Below, piece by piece: positions 8,875 to 18,243 of a DNA stretch of 60,940 bases. Made by a program: the position numbers and the translations under genes. The notes beneath the pieces are model-generated. The model worked only from the letters and a program-made list of their open reading frames with translations. It had not been told where the DNA came from and did not search any database. The stretch comes from an uncultured Thermococci archaeon (GTDB taxonomy: Archaea > Methanobacteriota_B > Thermococci > Methanofastidiosales > B48-G16): the NCBI GenBank assembly GCA_964595645.1, contig CAZQQT010000012.1, positions 1-60,940 of the forward strand, given 5' to 3'. Numbering within the stretch: position 1 is the stretch's first letter; every line of letters begins with the position of its first letter.

Positions 8875-10440
8875 TTACATCACCAAAAAGAACGTAATAA
8901 TACCCGTCAATACCACAAGTGACAGACAGAGCATCAGCGTTTTTTTGATTACTTCTCCTTCGATTCCTATTTCATCTATCACAGCGGCTGCGTTGACTAT
9001 TTTTGCCGGTGTGATCCCGGATGCGATTCCTCCTGCAGTAGAATGAGCTGCCATTATCTGGAGGTAGTCCTTTCCTTTTAAAACTTTTTCTGTGGCGATG
9101 TACTGGATCCGCGCGAACATCACGTTGCTCGGTGTCTCAGAGCCTGCAACAACAGCGCCGAAAAGACCGAGGAGGGGCGCGAGCAACGAGTACAGAGGAC
9201 CCGTCTTTGAGACTGCCTCACCAATCACGTAGTTCATGTTGCTGGATTGTTCGAGAAGTGTGACCTTTCCTTCGATGACAGAGTGGCCGCTCCAGTCCAT
9301 TACAAAGGCAATGGCAAAAAAGATCGCGGCTGCGATCATCGGTTTGTACGCCCTCACCGCCCATGTCGTTGCGATATCCTTCAGCTGCTTTTTTGACGGC
9401 TTGAAGAGAGGTATTGAGATCAGTGTAGATACAAGAACCCAGAAGTATGCTTTCGAGAACATCTGGAGGTCTACGCTCCTATCCGCCAGCACATGGATGA
9501 TCGTGGGCATTGTAAGAAGTTCGTAGGGACCTATATGATTAAACACGGCAAGACTTACCATCAGTGAAAATCCGACCAATGTAATCCATGGAAAGAGTGC
9601 TTTCCAGAGAGGAAGTTCTGAGTGGTACTCCTCCTTCTCTATTGTACCGGAACGATACTTCTTGAAAATAATCAGTGCGAGAACAACAGCGAGACCACCA
9701 AATATCCCTGGGATCATGGGGCCGGTGAGTTTGGCAAAGACCATCGTCGTGAAGGCAAGAACAAGTCCTGAGATAAGCGCGTAAGGAGCGCCCTTTTTCA
9801 TCATTTTCCACCGTCCCACAAGATAAAGCATTCCGAAGGCAAATCCAGTGGAGATGGCGGGGAGATAGATGGAGATCTTCAGTCCGAGGTTGTATGCCAC
9901 CTCTTCAGCCATCGCCGGATTGTTGAAGATAGAGGTGGCGATATACTCAGCAGGCAGCGTAATAGGAATACCGAGAAGTGCAAAGGAGGTAAGGGGATTA
10001 TAACCGAGACATGGTAGCGCAACGGAAAGAAACGGGGAAAATCCAAGGCCCATCATGATCGGTGGGAGCATCGAGACCGGTGTCGCACCGATACTAACCA
10101 AAAAGGAACCGAATCCGATATTCAGGAGCATGATGAGTTCCGGTTTCTCAAAATCGTATCTCTTTATTTCAGCGGTAATTCTCTCCAAAGCGCCCACCTT
10201 GTGCATGAATATTATTTGCAAAATAGAAAATGATACGATCAACGTAATGCCCAAAGATTTAAGAATTCCGTACACAGATGCACTTGTCACTACTTCCAAT
10301 GGTGTGTGGAAATACACGAAGGCAAGAAGACAGCAGAGCAACCAACCAAGTATCCCCATTGTGGTACCTTCCCTTCTGAACACAACGAGTCCAACAAAGA
10401 TAAAGATTATCGGTATGACAGCTACTATTGCTGAAATCAT
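8875..10440 (-). CDS. L-lactate permease family transporter
   Basis: Polytopic; SFALLGIP, GAVVAGSETPSNVMF, GGIASGITPAKI. Confidence 0.85.
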   Translation of the reverse strand: MISAIVAVIPIIFIFVGLVVFRREGTTMGILGWLLCCLLAFVYFHTPLEVVTSASVYGILKSLGITLIVSFSILQIIFMHKVGALERITAEIKRYDFEKPELIMLLNIGFGSFLVSIGATPVSMLPPIMMGLGFSPFLSVALPCLGYNPLTSFALLGIPITLPAEYIATSIFNNPAMAEEVAYNLGLKISIYLPAISTGFAFGMLYLVGRWKMMKKGAPYALISGLVLAFTTMVFAKLTGPMIPGIFGGLAVVLALIIFKKYRSGTIEKEEYHSELPLWKALFPWITLVGFSLMVSLAVFNHIGPYELLTMPTIIHVLADRSVDLQMFSKAYFWVLVSTLISIPLFKPSKKQLKDIATTWAVRAYKPMIAAAIFFAIAFVMDWSGHSVIEGKVTLLEQSSNMNYVIGEAVSKTGPLYSLLAPLLGLFGAVVAGSETPSNVMFARIQYIATEKVLKGKDYLQIMAAHSTAGGIASGITPAKIVNAAAVIDEIGIEGEVIKKTLMLCLSLVVLTGIITFFLVM

Positions 10441-10543
10441 ATTCTCTACCGGTTAAATAGGTTTAAAAAAGTTTCGGTAGTACTGAATGAAGTTACAATA
10501 AAATACGTTAAGTTTATAAAGTTGTGCGATAATAAATAATAGG

Positions 10544-10726
10544 ATGGATAAAAAGTTTTTAGTTGCGATAGCCATCGGATTATTACTCGTTCTATTTAAA
10601 GATCGGATAAATGAGCATTTAGGTAAATTAAATACCATCCAAAAACTAATGATAGGACAGGTTATTATTCTCTTGGGGGCATTAATAGCCTTACTCTACT
10701 ACGTATTTGCTCCGTCTAAGGAATGA
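10544..10726 (+). CDS. Small two-TM hypothetical membrane protein
   Basis: 60-aa ORF with two hydrophobic segments, upstream TTTATA. Confidence 0.5.
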   Translation: MDKKFLVAIAIGLLLVLFKDRINEHLGKLNTIQKLMIGQVIILLGALIALLYYVFAPSKE

Positions 10727-11712
10727 AGCTCAAACTCCGGCACAATTCTACCTACTTTCTCTCCATGATGATTTGTATTGAGTGGTTTATGATGGTTTTT
10801 AAGCTCTCTTAACTCCTTTTTCGTGAGCACATCGAGTTGTTTAAGTATCTCTACCGTTGCTGGGCCTCGGGCTCTAGATCCTCCGTCATCAATTTTCAGT
10901 GCTATCCCAACTCCTTCTTCAGGTAGTCCGATACAGTGTACGGCCTCTGCTCCAGCTTTGCACACAAGATTTTTTGTCGTACTCATGAGGTCCGTGTCAA
11001 GCCTTTCTGTTCCCGCCACCTGTTTGGGATACTGCTGCATAGCATTTACGATCGTTTTAGTGGCCTCTCTCTTCAACTTTTCAAGAGACTCTGAAGACGA
11101 GAACCTCGCAAATCCCAGTGCCATATTGTACAGTGGCATGCCAAAAACAGGGACACCGCAGCCATCTGTTCCAACTTTCACCGCGTCATATTCTGTCATG
11201 TACATGATCGTTGCCAGTACCTCCTTTTGAAGAGGATGATTCTGTTCATAATAGGTTTCTAAAGGATATCCCTTCATTTTCGAGAGGAGGAGCATCCCCG
11301 AATGTTTTCCAGAGCAGTTATTGTATATGGGAGTTGGTCCCTTTCCTTTCTCGAGAAGTCGTTGCTTCGCTTCTTCGTGGTAGGGAAGATGGGTACCGCA
11401 CTTCAAATAACTCTCATCCAACCCTATTTTGTTGAGAATGGACTGTACTGCGTCTATATGTATAGGTTCTCCACTGTGAGAGGCAACGATTGTCGCCAGT
11501 TCTCGCTCAGTGATACTATATTGCTTCAGCGCTCCGCTCTCCACAATGGGAATTGCCTGAAGAGGTTTGGCTGCGGATCGCATGTACGTGAGAAAGTAGG
11601 GATCACCTACAGCATAGAGAAGCTTCCCCTCGTGGTTTACCACAGCAGCAGAGCCCCGATGGAAACTTTCCACCACTCCATTCCTGTACACATTCACAAG
11701 ACACTCACTCAT
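10699..11712 (-). CDS. Rhizobium-type (class 3, AnsA/asparaginase II family) L-asparaginase
   Basis: RSAAKPLQA, ASHSGE, NNCSGKH, DGCG, KAGAE, KIDDG. Confidence 0.9.
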   Translation of the reverse strand: MSECLVNVYRNGVVESFHRGSAAVVNHEGKLLYAVGDPYFLTYMRSAAKPLQAIPIVESGALKQYSITERELATIVASHSGEPIHIDAVQSILNKIGLDESYLKCGTHLPYHEEAKQRLLEKGKGPTPIYNNCSGKHSGMLLLSKMKGYPLETYYEQNHPLQKEVLATIMYMTEYDAVKVGTDGCGVPVFGMPLYNMALGFARFSSSESLEKLKREATKTIVNAMQQYPKQVAGTERLDTDLMSTTKNLVCKAGAEAVHCIGLPEEGVGIALKIDDGGSRARGPATVEILKQLDVLTKKELRELKNHHKPLNTNHHGEKVGRIVPEFELHSLDGANT

Positions 11713-12427
11713 GCTCTACCTCCTTCATGTGCTCAACAAGCCGTGTAAGCCTCTCGAGAGAAGCATTAAAGAGAACTTTTCCTTTTTTCTCCGATGCATT
11801 TGTTGACACACCCACCACACCACAGTCGGTGAATTCGTGTGTCTCGTATACGACAGTACCGCCGTATTTTTTTGGTGCCCATGTAGTATCAACATCTTTC
11901 GCTCTCTCCATTTTCACGAGCTCCGGGTGCAATGCGAGGTTCACAGAGGTCTCACCTGATCCTGCGTGTCCTGTACATTGTTCAGTGTTCTCAGGATATA
12001 CCTCCTGCAATGTTTCCGCGGGGATTGCCCGCCACCACTCATAAATGACCACAATGATATCCTCATCCCTCAGTTCCAATGCGAGATCCCTCAAACAGGC
12101 AGTGTTCCCACCGTGGCCATTGACGAAGAGTATCTTCCTCGCACCGTGATGTTTCAATGCTCTACATACATCCTTCAAGTACCCTTTAAAATGCTCATAT
12201 GAGACCCAGAGGGTCCCTGAAAAATGCCGGTGGTGCTTCGAGAGACCGATGGGGATTGTTGGAACAACAATCGCATCCAGTTTCTCTGCAAATCGTTCAG
12301 CGATCATGTGATCTGTTCCCAGAGGATTCTGTGGACCGTGTTGCTCCGTAGATCCGACAGGTATCACCACAACATTCTCTTTTAACGCATCTCCAGCTTC
12401 TTCCCACGTCATATTTCTCAGTAACAT
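11705..12427 (-). CDS. Creatininase family amidohydrolase
   Basis: PVGSTEQHG, GTD, NGHGGN, HAGSGETS. Confidence 0.9.
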   Translation of the reverse strand: MLLRNMTWEEAGDALKENVVVIPVGSTEQHGPQNPLGTDHMIAERFAEKLDAIVVPTIPIGLSKHHRHFSGTLWVSYEHFKGYLKDVCRALKHHGARKILFVNGHGGNTACLRDLALELRDEDIIVVIYEWWRAIPAETLQEVYPENTEQCTGHAGSGETSVNLALHPELVKMERAKDVDTTWAPKKYGGTVVYETHEFTDCGVVGVSTNASEKKGKVLFNASLERLTRLVEHMKEVEHE

Positions 12428-12559
12428 ACAATGATCTCATCTTTTCTGTAATATAAATTTTTTTGTTTGGTTAAAAAGGGTCTGAAAAATTTTTAGGATC
12501 CAACATGCAACGGATGTTATTTCCAAAAATTTTATGTATAGAAGTAATGAAGGGAGTAT

Positions 12560-13372
12560 ATGAAAAATGCTGTATTCACACGTATCTGTGATGATCTTGA
12601 AGGGATAATCGGTACCAAAAATCTTACATCCCTCCCTGAAACGTATGAGTTAATCGGCGAGATTCTTATTATTCATCTCCCTGATGAATTAACACCCTGG
12701 AAAAAAGAAATTGGAGAAGTATATCTCCATCATTTTCCTCGAGCGAAAACAGTTCTGAAAAAAGGACCGATCAGTGGGGAGTATAGAGAGCCACAGTTCG
12801 ACCATCTTGCCGGTAATGGAACGGAAACGATCCACAAGGAGAATGAGATACTGTTCAAACTCGATCTTGAGAAGGTCATGTTCTCATCGGGAAATATCAG
12901 AGAACGACTACGCATGGCGGAAATCGCAGAGAACAACGAACACGTAATCGATATGTTCGCCGGAATTGGGTACTTCTCCCTCCCTATCGCATGCCACTGT
13001 GAAGCCCGTGTCACCGCGATAGAAAAGAATCCAGAGGCTTTCTACTACCTCAAAGAGAATATCGAGCTGAACAACGTTGAGAATCGTGTTGAGGCATTAC
13101 AGATGGATTGCCGTGAGTATACAGGAAAGGGAGACAGAATTATTATGGGATATCTCCAAAAAACACACAAATTCCTAGGAAAAGCGTATGAACTAGTAAA
13201 AGAAGGAGGAATTGTCCATTACCACCAGACGGTTGTGGAGAAGCTGTATCCCGATGCCATCCACAACGAGATCGGTGCAGTGATAGGAGAATACAAGATT
13301 CTCTCAATGCGGAAGGTGAAGAAGTTCGCTCCCGGTGTCTGGCACGTGGTTGCAGATATAAAAATCTACTGA
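12560..13372 (+). CDS. taw2: Taw2/TYW2 (Trm5-family) tRNA wyosine aminocarboxypropyltransferase
   Basis: KVMFSSGN, DMFAGIGYF, DRIIMGY, VHYH, VKKFAPGVWH. Confidence 0.8.
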   Translation: MKNAVFTRICDDLEGIIGTKNLTSLPETYELIGEILIIHLPDELTPWKKEIGEVYLHHFPRAKTVLKKGPISGEYREPQFDHLAGNGTETIHKENEILFKLDLEKVMFSSGNIRERLRMAEIAENNEHVIDMFAGIGYFSLPIACHCEARVTAIEKNPEAFYYLKENIELNNVENRVEALQMDCREYTGKGDRIIMGYLQKTHKFLGKAYELVKEGGIVHYHQTVVEKLYPDAIHNEIGAVIGEYKILSMRKVKKFAPGVWHVVADIKIY

Positions 13373-13376
13373 TTTT

Positions 13377-13862
13377 TTACACTTTTTTCAGTATGAACCC
13401 AATATCCTCATCGCACTCCCTCATAGCCTCTATTTCAAAGATGGACAGTGCATCATGCACTTCCTCGGTGTAGCACTTCTTCAAGGTCGTCAGTACAAAG
13501 GTTCCTCCTCTTTTTAAGACTCTATGGGCCTCATCAATGATTGTATACGTGCGGAGATTTTGTAGGACAGTAAACGAGAATGCATAGTCAAAAATCTCAT
13601 TCTGAAATGGCAGTGCGTCACAGTCTGCGAGGATCTTATTGGAGAACTGTCCTTTCTTCAGCATTTTAAATGAAAAATCTATACCCACATAGTGTTCATG
13701 GTCCAAAAATTCGTACAATAGTCCTGTACCACAGCCGATGTCGAGTACTCGCCCCCCCACAGGGAAATCTATCATTGTTTCATACTTCGTTTCCTGAATT
13801 TCTCTGTACCGGGTATTGTATATGGGGGCAGTGCTGTTGTACTTCCGTTGCAGTTCCTCCAT
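13377..13862 (-). CDS. Class I SAM-dependent methyltransferase
   Basis: VLDIGCGTG, GIDFS, LPF, RVLKRGG. Confidence 0.85.
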   Translation of the reverse strand: MEELQRKYNSTAPIYNTRYREIQETKYETMIDFPVGGRVLDIGCGTGLLYEFLDHEHYVGIDFSFKMLKKGQFSNKILADCDALPFQNEIFDYAFSFTVLQNLRTYTIIDEAHRVLKRGGTFVLTTLKKCYTEEVHDALSIFEIEAMRECDEDIGFILKKV

Positions 13863-14587
13863 CAGTACCTCACCCCCACCTCTATCTTGTACTCCTCCCC
13901 CTTCTCCTCCATGAGATAGTATATCGTCATTACCCCCGTGAAAAATGGAATGAGAAATATGTACTGGAGTATCGTTCCCACTACTGGTACAGCGGACACA
14001 CCGATAGAAATGAGCGAGAACAATAATCCCAAAGAGATACCCCGTCTGAAATCCCTTCGCAGGAAAGATATACTATGAAGGAAAGCGTTGTGGAAATGAT
14101 GACCATCTGCTGTTGATGGAAGGAGGTAGAAAAGAAGAGGGATCATGAAGATCGAAATGATGGTAACTGCGGCAGCCAAAACAATAACTCCGACACCGCC
14201 GTACTGCACGAGCAACGAAAACGGAAGAACCAACCCTATGTACACAGCGAGGAAGAGAAAAAAGGTCAAGAAAAAGATGGGGAATATTTTGCATGTTTGT
14301 AAAAACGTCCGTATGAGATCTATCTCTCCCTCTTTCATGAATCGGTATATCAGCAGACCCTCCATCAAGAGGAAGAATATATGAAGTAAACAGAGGATAA
14401 GTACGACATAGACAAAAAAAAGAGTGTTGAGAGACTCAAAATATTGTATATTGAATCCAGAATGCCAGAATGCCCAAAGGATATCTAATACTACAGTTCC
14501 AGCGGCTATCGCAGGAACTACCATTGGGATGAAAAGAGCAGGTTTCTCAAAGAGGGTGTCAATACTTTGACTCAGTATTTTCTCCAT
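13862..14587 (-). CDS. Hypothetical polytopic membrane protein
   Basis: About 6 TM segments; VPVVGTIL motif near C-terminus. Confidence 0.65.
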   Translation of the reverse strand: MEKILSQSIDTLFEKPALFIPMVVPAIAAGTVVLDILWAFWHSGFNIQYFESLNTLFFVYVVLILCLLHIFFLLMEGLLIYRFMKEGEIDLIRTFLQTCKIFPIFFLTFFLFLAVYIGLVLPFSLLVQYGGVGVIVLAAAVTIISIFMIPLLFYLLPSTADGHHFHNAFLHSISFLRRDFRRGISLGLLFSLISIGVSAVPVVGTILQYIFLIPFFTGVMTIYYLMEEKGEEYKIEVGVRY

Positions 14588-14677
14588 GAGGTGATATCTA
14601 CAGATGAATTTAAAAATATTATTTGACAAAAGATTTAAATATTATTTGAACATACTATTACATTGGAGGAGAATGAG

Positions 14678-15526
14678 TTGGAACTGCCAAAGGGATCCAC
14701 AGTCAAGTATTATGAAAAAGAAAATGTAGAAATCACTGAAAAGATGTTAAAAGAGATAAATGATGATTTTGTAGGTTATTTACGTATTTTTGGGAAGAAT
14801 GGAACTGATACTGAGGATAATTACCTTATTATTAAGGAAGGAGAAATCACAGCTGCAGAGTCCGAGATCAATGGATCGGAAACAAGGTGGGGGGAAGAAA
14901 GTCTTTCCTTTGTAAAAGGGAGAGAATACGATCACGCAGCAATAGAATTTGTGGAATACGACGATTTCAGGTATGAAATGGCACTGGAAATAAATGAAGA
15001 ATGTAGAATCGATGGGAAAGCCAAAAGTACACCTAGTACAAGAAAGAAACGAAGAAAAAAAGTAAAAAAAAGAACTACTGGAAAAATGGACAGAGAAGAA
15101 CTCCTAAAGAAATACCGAATAAAAGATCCGACAGATGACACAGTAGTAGAATTGATCGGGGAAAGAAATGAGAAAATCGTAGAATTTGAAAATAGAATGA
15201 AATCAAAGCTGTTAAATGGAGCAAAAACTTTCCTTTATGCAGAAACACTATTTATGGAGGTAGCATTTACTGGATTTGAGATGTTTTTACGAAATGAAAT
15301 CCTGAACGGTAATATCAATCTTTTTGCGAAGTGTATTGTCCATGAAAAAAATATTGAAAAAGTTCGAGAAAAATTGGACAATGGAATAAAAAATATAGTG
15401 AAGGAAAACCTAAAAAAAGAGGTTGGAGAACGATACAAAATCAATATAACACTTCACAACAAACTACGAATAAGAGATGCTGAAAGAAGCAATGTAAAGG
15501 AGTTCTCGATAAAGAGCACTCTCTAA
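14678..15526 (+). CDS. DUF2226-like domain protein
   Basis: TTG start after GGAGG gives MELPKG; F.GYLRI, GEITAAE, REELLKKYRIKDP. Confidence 0.6.
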   Translation: MELPKGSTVKYYEKENVEITEKMLKEINDDFVGYLRIFGKNGTDTEDNYLIIKEGEITAAESEINGSETRWGEESLSFVKGREYDHAAIEFVEYDDFRYEMALEINEECRIDGKAKSTPSTRKKRRKKVKKRTTGKMDREELLKKYRIKDPTDDTVVELIGERNEKIVEFENRMKSKLLNGAKTFLYAETLFMEVAFTGFEMFLRNEILNGNINLFAKCIVHEKNIEKVREKLDNGIKNIVKENLKKEVGERYKINITLHNKLRIRDAERSNVKEFSIKSTL

Positions 15527-15532
15527 CTGCAT

Positions 15533-15775
15533 TTATGAGATACCTTGTAAAATTATAATAGCAGCCAGAAACAAAAAGATAAATACGAGAATAAGGGGAA
15601 GGAATATTTGCCACAATGCAATGACGAAGGCCAGTATGTCCTTTTTATCCGGTTCTATTTTTAATGTGCGTTCTCCGGTATCTTCATTATCAGATGGTTG
15701 TGATCCGGAATTGAAACTCTCTTCCGATTTAGTATTTTTTTCTTCTACTTGCCGTTTATCTTCCATTGTGTCCAT
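15533..15775 (-). CDS. Small membrane protein, last gene of the opp operon
   Basis: KKDILAFVIALWQIFLP + TM; AGGTG RBS; abuts the upstream gene. Confidence 0.6.
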   Translation of the reverse strand: MDTMEDKRQVEEKNTKSEESFNSGSQPSDNEDTGERTLKIEPDKKDILAFVIALWQIFLPLILVFIFLFLAAIIILQGIS

Positions 15776-15784
15776 TGAATGCAC

Positions 15785-17272
15785 CTACATTGCGTGAGAG
15801 TGGTCACTTTTCATCCAGTTTTTTACCATCATCGAAATAAATGAAAAATCTTTTTTCATTCTTGGAGACACCATACTGCAGAACTTCAGCACTAATACAA
15901 CAACTGTGAATCCTCCAATATAAAAGATAAGATCGTGTGCGAGAAGGTACGGTACGTTATAGTTGGTCAGTACAATAAGGGTAGATAATCGTAGAATATT
16001 CCACGCAAAGATAACACTGTATATTAGTGCTGAAAAAAGAATCTTCTTTTTGAAATTGATGTGTGAGATGAGAAGAAATCCTATTCCAATTGCTGAAAAA
16101 ATTGTTGATAGACACGATCGTGTAATGATAAATCCTCCCACAGAAATGAAATCGTCTATAATATGGAAAGGAGTAGACACACCCAGTAACCCAAGAAATG
16201 TAGTGGTAAATGAAGCTGAGATCTGCCTCAAAAAGAGGTAATCTGAAATGAAATCTAAACCATAATACACAAGAAGTGTAACTATTCCAAACTTAAGAAT
16301 AAAGGCTGCGTCAGTCGAAAATAGGAAAAAATGTAATTTTTCGAAAAATCCTTTTTTTTCTGTATAATTTCTTTTCATTAACTCGTCCAAAAATATTGGC
16401 AAGAGCAGGAGAGAGAAAATAATGATAATCCAAAAGGGCACAATGGCACCGTTTTCGTCCTTAATATCTTTATATTGTGCTTGTTTATCGAGATTCAACT
16501 CCCACAAATCTCGTGTTTGCATGCCTGCAAGAAGATACTTATTGTCTTCTGCAGTCGCGATCGTCCGAGGAAGGGTATCTGGGGCGTAGTACCATTGAGT
16601 AGTTTCTCCTGTACTGATGTCTACATGAAAAACTTTCCGTGAGGTACACCCTGTGACTATAAGTTCACCATCTTTGTAGGTGATATCTCCTGCAAAGGCA
16701 ACGGGGGATTCTATCCTCTCAAGAATTGTATTTGTGTCCGGATCGTATTTGTACAGGACCGCATCGGGATACACCCCCTCGCCAATTGTGGGATACTCTT
16801 CCATCCCAAACACATCCAAAACCCAAAGATGCTCGCCGTCCCATGTCAGTCCATAGGGTGTACTGTACGGTGTCCTGTACTTCCCTAATACCGTCCCCTT
16901 CGGTGACAACAGAGAATCGGTAGCTGAAATTTTATAGATGGTCCTCTTTCCGTAATCAGCAATCCAGAAGTTCTCGCCATCGAACGCCAGCCCAGCCGCC
17001 TGAAAACAGGGGATCTCGATACTCTCTACAACTGTTCCCTTCGCAAGATCGTACTTTATCAGTCGCTGATCATGAGAAGAAGATATCCATACGTAACCAT
17101 TCTCAAAAAATAATCCGTTGGGTGTATGTGTGGGGCTTTCATATCTTATGCTTTTAAATCGATTTGGAACATACTGCTCCCCTTTCCATTCTTTATACTC
17201 CTTGTATACGAAAATAGAAAGTATAAAAAAAATAAAAATGGCAACGATTAATATTTTGTTCGTTTTTTTCAT
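15785..17272 (-). CDS. Beta-propeller domain fused to an exosortase/archaeosortase-family membrane domain
   Basis: N-terminal anchor; repeats GLAFDGENFWIAD/GLTWDGEHLWVLD; C-terminal TM domain with FIITRSC, WNILR, AHD (Cys/Arg/His). Confidence 0.72.
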   Translation of the reverse strand: MKKTNKILIVAIFIFFILSIFVYKEYKEWKGEQYVPNRFKSIRYESPTHTPNGLFFENGYVWISSSHDQRLIKYDLAKGTVVESIEIPCFQAAGLAFDGENFWIADYGKRTIYKISATDSLLSPKGTVLGKYRTPYSTPYGLTWDGEHLWVLDVFGMEEYPTIGEGVYPDAVLYKYDPDTNTILERIESPVAFAGDITYKDGELIVTGCTSRKVFHVDISTGETTQWYYAPDTLPRTIATAEDNKYLLAGMQTRDLWELNLDKQAQYKDIKDENGAIVPFWIIIIFSLLLLPIFLDELMKRNYTEKKGFFEKLHFFLFSTDAAFILKFGIVTLLVYYGLDFISDYLFLRQISASFTTTFLGLLGVSTPFHIIDDFISVGGFIITRSCLSTIFSAIGIGFLLISHINFKKKILFSALIYSVIFAWNILRLSTLIVLTNYNVPYLLAHDLIFYIGGFTVVVLVLKFCSMVSPRMKKDFSFISMMVKNWMKSDHSHAM

Positions 17273-18243
17273 GTCTGGTCCAGTGGATAATGGCACGCAA
17301 CCAAGTGTCCATCACCCCGATCTTGTAACTCCGGAACCTCGGTCTCACACCGCGACTTCGCATACCTGCATCGGGGATGGAAACGGCATCCAGGAGGTGG
17401 GTTGGAGGGTGTTGGAACGTCCCCCTTGAGGAGAATCCTCTCCTTCTCTATCCGAGGGTCTGCCACCGGTGTGGCTGAAAGTAATGCTTCTGTGTAAGGG
17501 TGAAGCATCGATTCAAATACCTGGTCGTTTTCACCTATCTCTACTATCTTCCCTACGTACATCACCGCGACTCTGTCACTCACGTGTCGCACAATGCTCA
17601 GATCGTGGGTAATGAACATGAGCGTTAATCCCTCTTCCCGCTGAATTTTCGACATCAGGTTCAGGATTTTCGACTGGACAGACACATCTAATGCTGAGGT
17701 CGGCTCATCTGCCACAATAAGTCGCGGATTCAGTGCGAGCGCTCGCGCGATTCCAATTCGCTGCCGCTGTCCTCCCGAGAACTCATGAGGATAGCGGTAG
17801 ATATGGAACGGTGCCAGTCCTACCTCGTCCATAAGCTTCAGCACAGCCTTCTTTTTTTCTTTGGATTTCATCTTTGTCTGAATATCGTAGGGTTCAGCAA
17901 TAATGTCGTGTACTGTCATTCGTGGATCGAGAGAGGAGTAGGGATCCTGGTATATCATCTGTGCTTCCTGTCGGTATTTGTTCAACGATTTTCTGCTCAT
18001 TTTGGCTATATCGTCTCCACCAAAGTACACGCTTCCTGCAGTAGGTTTAATATGTCGCAAAATTGTCCTTCCAAGTGTTGTCTTTCCACAGCCGGACTCT
18101 CCGACAACACTAATAATCTCTTTGGGATATATATCAAAACTCACGTCGTCAACTGCCCTGATATCTCCAACTTTCGTGCCGAAGAATCCTGAGGTGATTG
18201 GAAAGTACTTCTTCAAGTTTCTTACTTTCATTAACGGTTTCAT
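17269..18243 (-). CDS. oppF: Oligopeptide ABC transporter ATPase
   Basis: GESGCGKT, YPHEFSGGQRQR, HPYT, GCRFHPRC. Confidence 0.92.
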   Translation of the reverse strand: MKPLMKVRNLKKYFPITSGFFGTKVGDIRAVDDVSFDIYPKEIISVVGESGCGKTTLGRTILRHIKPTAGSVYFGGDDIAKMSRKSLNKYRQEAQMIYQDPYSSLDPRMTVHDIIAEPYDIQTKMKSKEKKKAVLKLMDEVGLAPFHIYRYPHEFSGGQRQRIGIARALALNPRLIVADEPTSALDVSVQSKILNLMSKIQREEGLTLMFITHDLSIVRHVSDRVAVMYVGKIVEIGENDQVFESMLHPYTEALLSATPVADPRIEKERILLKGDVPTPSNPPPGCRFHPRCRYAKSRCETEVPELQDRGDGHLVACHYPLDQT

